Part shown: piece by piece, positions 15,126 to 22,664 of the stretch
How the letters are laid out: the number at the start of each line of letters is the position of its first letter
How positions within the stretch are numbered: position 1 is the stretch's first letter
Assembly (NCBI GenBank): GCA_964361185.1
Contig: CAYHZS010000002.1
Coordinates: 1-32,321 of the forward strand
Reading direction: 5' to 3'
DNA: 32,321 nt
DNA from: an uncultured Candidatus Saccharibacteria bacterium
GTDB taxonomy: Bacteria > Patescibacteriota > Minisyncoccia > Phycocordibacterales > VMEP01
Program-made: the position numbers and the translations under genes
Notes under the pieces: model-generated
What the model saw: the letters and a program-made list of their open reading frames with translations, nothing else
What the model was told of the DNA's origin: nothing
Database searches by the model: none

Positions 15126-15548
15126 ATGAAAATAAAGGTTAAAAAACTGACAAAGGATACGAAAATTCCGGCATACGCCTATCCGGGGGATGCGGCTTTT
15201 GATTTGCTCGCGCGGGTGGAAACGGAGTTAAACCCCGGTGAATGGAAAAATGTCCCGACCGGGCTTGCTTTTGAAATACCGGAAGGATACGCGGGGCTTA
15301 TTTGGGACAAATCGAGCGTTGCCATGAAAAATGGAATCAAAACATTAGGGGGAGTGATAGATTCCGGTTACCGCGGAGAAGTGGACGTAGGGGTTATTAA
15401 TTTAAGCGACAAACTGTATCTTTTTGAAAAGGGGCACAAGGTGGCTCAGATGATAATTCAAAAAATAGAACAGGCAGAAATTATTGAAGTTGCGGGGCTA
15501 AGCGAAACTAAGCGGGGAGACAAGGGTTTTGGCAGTTCGGGGAAATAA
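15126..15548 (+). CDS. dut: dUTP diphosphatase (trimeric dUTPase)
   Basis: AYPGDAAFDL, GVIDSGYRGE and RGDKGFGSSG are dUTPase motifs. Confidence 0.95.
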   Translation: MKIKVKKLTKDTKIPAYAYPGDAAFDLLARVETELNPGEWKNVPTGLAFEIPEGYAGLIWDKSSVAMKNGIKTLGGVIDSGYRGEVDVGVINLSDKLYLFEKGHKVAQMIIQKIEQAEIIEVAGLSETKRGDKGFGSSGK

Positions 15549-15574
15549 TTTTCATGCATGTTAAAATCTAAAAT

Positions 15575-17146
15575 ATGATAAGGGATTTTTTAGAGAATGA
15601 AATACGCGGCGCCTCCACTAAACTTTTTGCCGAAGCCGGTAGTTTTAACGTTTCTTTGGATGGACGTTTTGGGGATTACACCACAAATGTGGCGATGGTA
15701 ATTGCTTCGGGCGAAGGCAAAAAGCCTAGAGAAGTGGCGGAAGCAATTCTTGGCGAACTTTCAAAAAATAAAAAAATTAAAAAAGCGATTTCCAAAATGG
15801 AAATTGCGGGGTCGGGATTTATAAACTTTTTTCTAGCCGACGAGGCGATATGCGATGAGCTTGAGATTTTGGAAAAGAAAATAAATAAAGGATACGACTT
15901 TCTCCACGGCAAGAAAATTAATGTTGAGTTTATCTCCGCTAACCCCACGGGGGAACTGCATATCGGTCACGGGCGAGGGGCTTTTTATGGGGACATACTG
16001 GGGAATGTGTTTGTTTTTTCTGGGGCTCGTATTATTCGTGAGTATTACGTCAACGATTCTCGCGAATCAAAACAGATAATAGAACTCGGCAAGACGGCAC
16101 TTGGTACAGGTGAGCAGTATAAGACCTCAAAACTGCTTGAGATTATTAAGGAAACGGATTTTAGCGGAATGGATGAAAAGGAAGCCGGCTTCAAACTGGC
16201 GGGGCTGATACAGGAGAAAACTGAAGAGTTCATAGAGCAGAAACTAAAAATATCCCACTTCAATTGGTACTCGGAAGATGAAAAGTTGAGTGCTTCTGGG
16301 TTAAACGATAAAGTGCTTGCTGATCTTGAGGAAGAAAAGTTTATTTACCGAAAAGATGGAGCCGTATGGCTGAAAACAAGTGAATATGGAGACGATGAAG
16401 ACAGGGTAATAGTCCGCTCCGACGGCACTAAAAGCTATTTTCTTTCTGATATTTCTTATCACAACGATAAATTTGTTGGAGGGTACGACAAAGTTATAAA
16501 TATCTGGGGCGCCGACCATCACGGGCATGTGAAAAGGATGCAGGCGGTGAAGAAAATGTTCGGCTGGAAGGGCGAACTTAAAATTTTTATTACCCAGCTC
16601 GTGTCGCTTAAAGAAAACGGCGTTTCTGCCAAAATGTCCAAGCGCGCGGGCAATGTCGTGCTTCTGGAAGATTTGGTGGACGAATTTGGTCTTGACGTGG
16701 TGCGTTGGTTTTTTTCTGAGAAATCGCTTAACACCCACATGGAATTTGATATGGCGCTCGCGCGCGAACATTCCGCCAAGAATCCCGTTTTCTATGTGCA
16801 GTACGCGCACGCGCGCATTTGTTCAATTTTAGAGAAAACAAAATCGTATTCGCCGGACGGGAGCGGAATAAGCGATATCGTCAAAGAAAATGTCGCACGT
16901 GCGCTTGCGGTAAAGCTTTTGGAATTTCCCGAAGTTATTTCAGGAATCGCTGAAGACTATCAGGTTCATAGGCTGACAACTTATGTTTACGAACTCGCCT
17001 CGGCCTTTGCGCAATTTTATGAAAAGATACGCATAGTGGGGGACGAAAATTATAATAGGGGCGCGCTTCTTCTTGCGGAAAATGCAAAAAACACATTATC
17101 GAAATCGTTAAGCTTACTCGGCATTTCCGCGCCAGAGAGGATGTAA
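15575..17146 (+). CDS. argS: Arginine--tRNA ligase
   Basis: SANPTGELHIGHGRGA (HIGH), MSKRAGN (KMSK-like) and YVQYAHARI are ArgRS signatures. Confidence 0.95.
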   Translation: MIRDFLENEIRGASTKLFAEAGSFNVSLDGRFGDYTTNVAMVIASGEGKKPREVAEAILGELSKNKKIKKAISKMEIAGSGFINFFLADEAICDELEILEKKINKGYDFLHGKKINVEFISANPTGELHIGHGRGAFYGDILGNVFVFSGARIIREYYVNDSRESKQIIELGKTALGTGEQYKTSKLLEIIKETDFSGMDEKEAGFKLAGLIQEKTEEFIEQKLKISHFNWYSEDEKLSASGLNDKVLADLEEEKFIYRKDGAVWLKTSEYGDDEDRVIVRSDGTKSYFLSDISYHNDKFVGGYDKVINIWGADHHGHVKRMQAVKKMFGWKGELKIFITQLVSLKENGVSAKMSKRAGNVVLLEDLVDEFGLDVVRWFFSEKSLNTHMEFDMALAREHSAKNPVFYVQYAHARICSILEKTKSYSPDGSGISDIVKENVARALAVKLLEFPEVISGIAEDYQVHRLTTYVYELASAFAQFYEKIRIVGDENYNRGALLLAENAKNTLSKSLSLLGISAPERM

Positions 17147-17181
17147 TAACTAGTTTTTAGCTATTAGCTTATAGCTTTTAG
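17147..17181 (+). repeat. Heptad array K: TAACTAG TTTTTAG CTATTAG CTTATAG CTTTTAG
   Basis: Five 7-mers start immediately after the argS stop. Confidence 0.7.
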
Positions 17182-17273
17182 TAAATACAAAAACCTGCAA
17201 CTTCTTTTTTTGTTGACACCATAAGTGTATTCTTGTAGCTTTTGTTTAGTGATTTTTAGATAAGGGGGCGCAC

Positions 17274-17678
17274 GTGCCACAAATTGCTCGCTGTAACAGC
17301 TACGTTCTTTATCGGCACTCTGGTTCTGGGGGAACGAAGTTCGCCCGGCCAGGTGAAGAGTTGCCCGAATCAATAGAAGAAGGCGTTTGGGAAGCACTTG
17401 CCGAAGACAATATCAAGGCGACTGACACAATTCCTGTTTTAGTACAGGCGGAAGACTATGTTCTCAGATTCAACGTGAATTCCATTCCCGAAGAAGGTCA
17501 GTTATTCAATTTTCGTCAGGTGGGGACAGATGAGTTCCCATCCTCTGGCCTGTTTCGTGTTAAAGAGGTCTGGATAGTCAACAACGACGCGTATTGTGTA
17601 AGTGTCGCCAGACTCAGCGACGTGGATCCCGGGAGCTTGATTTTTGATCTGGAAGTGTACTCATTGGGCCGAGTTTGA
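17274..17678 (+). CDS. Hypothetical protein, 134 aa, GC-richer orphan (GTG start)
   Basis: SD AAGGGGG lies 5 nt upstream of the GTG at 17274. A strong terminator follows. No family was recognised. Confidence 0.5.
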   Translation: MPQIARCNSYVLYRHSGSGGTKFARPGEELPESIEEGVWEALAEDNIKATDTIPVLVQAEDYVLRFNVNSIPEEGQLFNFRQVGTDEFPSSGLFRVKEVWIVNNDAYCVSVARLSDVDPGSLIFDLEVYSLGRV

Positions 17679-17689
17679 GAGTTTCCCCG

Positions 17690-17727
17690 CACCGGACACA
17701 CTATAACTATATGTGTCCGGTGTTTTT
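17690..17727 (+). terminator. Intrinsic terminator after the orphan
   Basis: CACCGGACACA pairs with TGTGTCCGGTG across an 11-nt loop, followed by TTTTT. Confidence 0.8.
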
Positions 17728-17763
17728 CATTGGGCGATTTCCTGTGTTAGTATCTAAAGATAT

Positions 17764-20700
17764 ATGGACAAAAAAGATTCCAACGAAAAAAGAAAATCAG
17801 AAGTGGCGCTTACTGAAGAGCGTATTTTGGCCGGCTGGAAAGAAAAAAAGATTTTTGAGAAAACTCTTGAAAAGACCAAGAACGGTAAGCTGTTTGTTTT
17901 TTACGATGGCCCGCCTTTTGCGACAGGAGAGCCTCACTACGGGCATATTTTGGCAGGCACGATAAAAGATGCCATTCCGCGCTACCGCACAATGACGGGG
18001 CGGTATGTGAGGCGCCAGTGGGGTTGGGACTGTCATGGTCTTCCTGTTGAAAATATCATAGAGCAGGAACTCAAACTTTCTCACAAAAAAGACATAGAAG
18101 AATATGGCATAGGCAATTTCAATGAAGCGGCGCGGAGTGCCGTGCTTAGGTTTGATTCATTTTGGAAAAAGGCGGTACCGAGACTTGGGCGTTTCGTGGA
18201 CATGGATTTGTCGTATAAAACTATGGATGCCTCTTATTCTGAATCAATCTGGTGGGCGTTTAAAACTCTTTACGACAAAGGGCTCATATATGAAGGACAT
18301 AAAGTAATGTATGTCTGTCCCAGATGCGAGACACCAGTCTCCAATTTTGAGGTGGCGCAGGGGTATAAAGATACAACCGATATTTCGGTGACAGTGGAGT
18401 TTAAGTTGGTTGATAGTCCCGGCACATCTTTTCTGGCGTGGACTACTACGCCGTGGACGTTACCGGGCAATGTGGCTCTTGCTGTGGGTAAAGATATCGA
18501 CTATGTGACGATTGAGAAGAAAGACGAAGGTGTCGGAAAGAAAATTCGGTTCATTCTTGCGAAAAGTCGCCTTGAAACAATTTTTGCGGGGCAAGAATAT
18601 GTCATTGTGGCCGAGCACAAGGGGATGGATTTGGTTGGCATCAAGTATGTGCCACCCTTCGATTACTACTATAAAGATGAGTTATTAAATAACCGCGAAA
18701 ATGGTTGGAAGGTCTACGCGGCAGATTTCGTTTCAGCAGATGAGGGCACAGGCATAGCTCACGAAGCCCCAGCGTTTGGCGAGGATGACATGAATTTAGG
18801 CAACGAAGTTAAGTTGCCATTTGTCCAACACATAGAGATGGATGGACGATTTAAACCGGAGGTCAAAGATTTTGCCGGCATGTATGTAAAACAGAAAGAC
18901 GATACGCAGTCGGCGGATGTGGAAATCATAAAAAATCTGGCCAAGAGAAATCTGCTTTTCGCCAAAGAAAAAATAATCCATCCGTACCCAATGTGCTGGA
19001 GATGCGACACGCCTCTTCTCAATTACGCCACTCCGTCTTGGTTCGTTAAGGTAACGAAATTCCGCGACAAGGTCGTTTCAGAAAATAAAAAAGTCTGCTG
19101 GGTGCCGGAGCATGTGGGAGAAGGAAGATTCGGCAAATGGCTCGAAGGCGCGCGCGATTGGGCTATTTCACGTTCGCGCTATTGGGGCGCGCCTTTGCCC
19201 GTTTGGAAATGCCTGGAATGTGAAAAGGTTGAAGCGATAGGGAGCATAGAAGAGTTAAAGAAAAAAATTCCTAAAAGTGGCAATCGTTATTTTGTTATGC
19301 GCCACGGCCAGGCGGAAAGTAATGTTTCCGGGACCAATGATTCCAATGGTAATCCCGATAATCATCTTACGGAGAGCGGGAAGGAAAGTATAAAACTTGT
19401 CGCTAGTAAACTCTCTAAAGAAGGAATAACCCGTATCATAACGTCACCCTTCCCCCGCGCCAAAGAAAGCGCGGACATTATAGCGAATGAGCTAGGATTA
19501 TCGGAAGAGAAGATTGTATCAGATAGGCGCTTGATTGAATTCAATCATGGCTCCAAAGGTCAAGGTAAAACAATAATGAATAACACCTTAGAACCTTTTA
19601 ATGAAAATGATTTATATGTTAGGCATGGCGATGGTGAAAATCACGCAGAAGTCAGGACAAGGGTAGTTTCAGCTATATTCGACGCGGACAAAACATATAA
19701 GAATGAAACTATTCTCATAGTCACGCACGGTTCTCCCATGTGGATGCTTATTGCCGGAGCTCTAGGCATGAGCGACAAGGAAACACTGGAATATCAGAAA
19801 AAGCGTGCTAAAAATAATGGGGATTATTTCATCTCAAACGGCCAGGTTGAGGAGGTTGATTTTACACAGTTTCCTCACAATAAGGAGTATGTTATTGATT
19901 TACACCGCCCGTACATAGACGAGGTGATTTATGATTGCTCTTGTGGAGGAACGATGAAAAGAATTCTGGACGTTTTTGACTGCTGGTTTGAATCGGGGTC
20001 AATGCCTTACGCGCAGTTCCATTATCCATTTGAGAACAAGGAGGAATTCAAGAAAAATTTTCCGGCTGATTTTATTGCTGAAGGTCTCGACCAAACGCGC
20101 GGTTGGTTTTACAGCCTGATTATTTTGGGCGTCGGGCTTTTTGGAGAAACACCATACAGAAATGTCATCGTGAACGGACTGGTTTTGGGAAGTGACGGGC
20201 AGAAAATGTCCAAGCGTCTCAAGAATTATCCGGAAGTTATGGATGTGGTGGATAAATACGGCGCTGATTCTTTGCGATATTACCTCTTATCTTCTCCAAT
20301 AATGCGCGGGGAAGACTTGGTATTTTTGGAAAAAGGAATTGATGAAATATACAAGAAAAATATTTCCCGCCTCAATAATGTTTACTCTTTTTACGAATTA
20401 TATAAGGGAGACGAAAAGGGAAGCGACACTTCGGAAAATATTCTGGATAAATGGATTATCGCGCGCCTGAATGAACTTAAAAATGTAATGACCGAGGGGA
20501 TGGAAAAATACGAGCTTGATAAAGTGGCGAGGCCAGTCGCGGATTTTATTGACGATCTTTCCACATGGTATATCAGGCGCTCGCGCGAAAGATTTAAATC
20601 AGACAATGAAAATGATAAAAAAATGGCGCTTGAGACAACCCATTTTGTGCTTGAGGAATTTTCCAAGCTCATTGCCCCGCTTATGCCGTTTATAGCGGAT

Positions 20701-21261
20701 GATTTGTATTTGAAAGTTACACGTGGGGAAAAAGAAGAAAGCGTGCATTTGGAATCTTGGCCCAGTAACAACGGACAACGAACAACCAACAACCAACAAG
20801 TAATACAAGAAATGCAAAAGGTGCGTCAAATTGTTTCGCTTGGACTTGAGGCGAGATCGAAGGCGGGGATAAAAGTGAGGCAGCCGCTTCAAAACTTAAA
20901 ACTCAAAACTCAAAACTTAGAACCTGAATATATTGAATTAATTAAAGATGAAGTAAATGTGAAGGGAGTTACTTTTGATGAAGAGATTGAAAATGAAGTT
21001 GAATTGGATACAAATATTACACCAGAACTAAAAGAAGAAGGCGATGTTCGCGATTTAGTACGCGCTATTCAGGATTTCAGAAAAAAGGAAGGTCTTACTC
21101 CGAGCGACAAGGTTGCGCTTTTGGTTTCCTGCGACGAAAAAACAGCTTCTTTGATAAAAAAGAATGAAGATGAGTTAAAGCACTCAACTCTTTTAAGTCA
21201 TATATCCATTTCAAACTCCGACGGAGAAACTTCTTTCCAGGTGCTTAATCCGGGGTCGTAA
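17764..21261 (+). CDS. ileS: Isoleucine--tRNA ligase (type-2-like) carrying an inserted histidine-phosphatase domain
   Basis: PHYGH (HIGH), WAISRSRYWGAPLPVW, DQTRGWFYS and KMSKRL are IleRS signatures. At 1165 aa it is longer than expected because of the insert at 19285-19860. Confidence 0.95.
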   Translation: MDKKDSNEKRKSEVALTEERILAGWKEKKIFEKTLEKTKNGKLFVFYDGPPFATGEPHYGHILAGTIKDAIPRYRTMTGRYVRRQWGWDCHGLPVENIIEQELKLSHKKDIEEYGIGNFNEAARSAVLRFDSFWKKAVPRLGRFVDMDLSYKTMDASYSESIWWAFKTLYDKGLIYEGHKVMYVCPRCETPVSNFEVAQGYKDTTDISVTVEFKLVDSPGTSFLAWTTTPWTLPGNVALAVGKDIDYVTIEKKDEGVGKKIRFILAKSRLETIFAGQEYVIVAEHKGMDLVGIKYVPPFDYYYKDELLNNRENGWKVYAADFVSADEGTGIAHEAPAFGEDDMNLGNEVKLPFVQHIEMDGRFKPEVKDFAGMYVKQKDDTQSADVEIIKNLAKRNLLFAKEKIIHPYPMCWRCDTPLLNYATPSWFVKVTKFRDKVVSENKKVCWVPEHVGEGRFGKWLEGARDWAISRSRYWGAPLPVWKCLECEKVEAIGSIEELKKKIPKSGNRYFVMRHGQAESNVSGTNDSNGNPDNHLTESGKESIKLVASKLSKEGITRIITSPFPRAKESADIIANELGLSEEKIVSDRRLIEFNHGSKGQGKTIMNNTLEPFNENDLYVRHGDGENHAEVRTRVVSAIFDADKTYKNETILIVTHGSPMWMLIAGALGMSDKETLEYQKKRAKNNGDYFISNGQVEEVDFTQFPHNKEYVIDLHRPYIDEVIYDCSCGGTMKRILDVFDCWFESGSMPYAQFHYPFENKEEFKKNFPADFIAEGLDQTRGWFYSLIILGVGLFGETPYRNVIVNGLVLGSDGQKMSKRLKNYPEVMDVVDKYGADSLRYYLLSSPIMRGEDLVFLEKGIDEIYKKNISRLNNVYSFYELYKGDEKGSDTSENILDKWIIARLNELKNVMTEGMEKYELDKVARPVADFIDDLSTWYIRRSRERFKSDNENDKKMALETTHFVLEEFSKLIAPLMPFIADDLYLKVTRGEKEESVHLESWPSNNGQRTTNNQQVIQEMQKVRQIVSLGLEARSKAGIKVRQPLQNLKLKTQNLEPEYIELIKDEVNVKGVTFDEEIENEVELDTNITPELKEEGDVRDLVRAIQDFRKKEGLTPSDKVALLVSCDEKTASLIKKNEDELKHSTLLSHISISNSDGETSFQVLNPGS
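19285..19860 (+). other. Histidine-phosphatase (PGAM/CobC-like) domain embedded in ileS
   Basis: RYFVMRHGQAESN (RHG motif), SPFPRAKESA, LIEFNHG..GQGKT, GENHAEVRTRV and ILIVTHGSPMWML (second His motif). The segment lies between KCLECE and DCSCGG. Confidence 0.8.
20765..20799 (-). repeat. Heptad array E inside ileS: GTAACAA CGGACAA CGAACAA CCAACAA CCAACAA
   Basis: Five 7-mers on the C/A strand (complement TTGTTGG TTGTTGG TTGTTCG TTGTCCG TTGTTAC). They encode SNNGQRTTNNQQ. Confidence 0.75.
20891..20925 (+). repeat. Heptad array F inside ileS: AAAACTT AAAACTC AAAACTC AAAACTT AGAACCT
   Basis: Five 7-mers that encode QNLKLKTQNLEP. Confidence 0.75.
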
Positions 21262-21268
21262 AAATATG

Positions 21269-21383
21269 ATCCCATTAGAAGTTCGTATAAATTTGTAGGT
21301 ATAGTAAAATTTATGAGCGAATTCGCCTCCAGCTTAATATAGTATTAAAATTGTCTTATGGTATTAACTTCTAACGGGACAAG
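21269..21383. repeat. Copy 1 of a two-copy ~110-nt element bounded by inverted repeats
   Basis: Collinear identical blocks ATCCCATTAGAA (21269-21280), ATAAATTTGT (21287-21296) and TTCTAACGGGACAAG (21369-21383). The outer blocks are 10/11 inverted repeats of each other. Confidence 0.65.
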
Positions 21384-21951
21384 AAAACGCGTATTTATCG
21401 TACATGGGTGGGGAGGAAACTCAAAAGAAGGCTGGTTTCCTTGGCTAAAAAAAGAACTTGAATCACGCGGTTATGAGGTTTTTGTTCCTGATATGCCTGA
21501 CACCGAAAATCCGCGTATCGGGGCGTGGATTTCGTATTTGGAAAAACTGATAGGCGAACCTGACGAACGGACATATTTTGTCGGACATAGTATAGGGTGC
21601 CAGACAATTTTAAGATATTTAGAAAAATTGCCCGACAGTAAAAGAGTTGGCGGGTGTGTTTTCGTGGCCCCATGGTTTACTCTTATGAATTTAGAAAAAG
21701 ACGAAGAAAAAGTTGCCGAGCCGTGGATAAAAACCCCGATTGATTTTATCAAGGTTAATCAGCATACGGATTATTTTATGGCAATTTTTTCCGACAATGA
21801 CGACGTAGTTCCCTTAAACAATAGAGAGATGTTCGCGCAAAAACTGAGCGCCAAAACTATTCTGGAGAATGGAAAGGGCCATTTCAGCGGAGGAGACGGA
21901 ATTACTGAATTAACAAGTGTTCTATCGGCGGTTTTGGAAATTTCTTCATGA
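21358..21951 (+). CDS. Alpha/beta serine hydrolase, YdeN/RBBP9-like
   Basis: VFIVHGWGGNS...GHSIGC nucleophile elbow. Length is ~197 aa. Its ATGA overlaps the recO start. Confidence 0.8.
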   Translation: MVLTSNGTRKRVFIVHGWGGNSKEGWFPWLKKELESRGYEVFVPDMPDTENPRIGAWISYLEKLIGEPDERTYFVGHSIGCQTILRYLEKLPDSKRVGGCVFVAPWFTLMNLEKDEEKVAEPWIKTPIDFIKVNQHTDYFMAIFSDNDDVVPLNNREMFAQKLSAKTILENGKGHFSGGDGITELTSVLSAVLEISS

Positions 21952-22529
21952 GTCATTTTATATACAGAACCGAAGCAATTATTCTTGGCGAAATGCCTAG
22001 TGGGGAAGATAACAAGATTTATTTTTTGCTAACCGAGGATTTGGGGTTCATCATGGCGCAGGCTACGGGGGTGCGTCATCTAAAATCAAAACTCCGTTTT
22101 CATTTATCGCTTTTCTCAAAAATCGGGGTTGAGCTTGTCCGCGGAAAAAACATCTGGCGGATAATCAACGTTTATCCGCGTGAGAAGGAGATTTTTTTTA
22201 AAACTAAGTACGTGAATATTTTCGCGCGTTTGGCGCAATTAATCCGGCGTATGGTGCATGGGGAGGTGCAAAATAAAAAACTCTTTGACGATGTACTACA
22301 AACAAGGATGTTTCTTGCCGAAAACATTCTTTCTAATAAGGAAGAAACTAGTGTAGAACTTATATCCGTTGCCCGAATTTTAAATTCCTTGGGTTATTTT
22401 ATCGCAGAAGGAAAGTATCAATCTATTTTGTACGGGCACATTGAGAAAGGAATACTTCGTAGGGCGTTATTACTTAGAAACGATTTGGTGAATGATATCA
22501 ATCTCGCGCTTAAGGAAAGCCATTTGTAA
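21948..22529 (+). CDS. recO: DNA repair protein RecO (short form, 193 aa)
   Basis: The N-terminal OB-fold pattern YRTEAIILGEMPSGEDNKIYFLLTEDLGFIMAQATGVR is typical of RecO. The C-terminal region is shorter than in classical RecO. Confidence 0.6.
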   Translation: MSHFIYRTEAIILGEMPSGEDNKIYFLLTEDLGFIMAQATGVRHLKSKLRFHLSLFSKIGVELVRGKNIWRIINVYPREKEIFFKTKYVNIFARLAQLIRRMVHGEVQNKKLFDDVLQTRMFLAENILSNKEETSVELISVARILNSLGYFIAEGKYQSILYGHIEKGILRRALLLRNDLVNDINLALKESHL

Positions 22530-22536
22530 TGTGTTA

Positions 22537-22662
22537 ACCCTGTGAAATACTACGCCTTGTTTAGGTGGTATAATATACGGTGTAACTATTAGTTTCGTTT
22601 TTTATTTTTAACAACTTATTTTTGGTCTTGGCGCAGTTGGGCTGGGGGCCATTTCACAGGGT
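22537..22662. repeat. 12-bp perfect inverted repeat (ACCCTGTGAAAT / ATTTCACAGGGT) bracketing 102 bp
   Basis: The left arm (22537-22548) lies just after the recO stop. The right arm (22651-22662) ends 2 nt before the ATG at 22665. Confidence 0.8.
22566..22574 (+). promoter_or_regulatory. Extended -10 promoter element TGgTATAAT
   Basis: Exact TGnTATAAT located inside the bracketed segment, about 90 nt upstream of the 648-aa ORF. Confidence 0.55.
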
Positions 22663-22664
22663 AA

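Noticed and set aside
16301-16810. 169-aa minus-strand ORF inside argS, and similar antisense ORFs (9051-9482 in rplK, 20391-20792 and 18759-19022 in ileS, 25662-25967 in glyQS, 28099-28440 in metG, 31150-31509 in efp)
   Set aside because: All are fully embedded opposite strongly supported conserved genes. They have skewed composition and no start-site signals.
19285-19860. ileS insert considered as an intein or a mobile-element insertion
   Set aside because: There are no intein splice-junction motifs (no Cys/Ser/Thr plus His-Asn boundary pattern) and no homing-endonuclease motifs. The sequence instead matches histidine-phosphatase signatures throughout and stays in frame.
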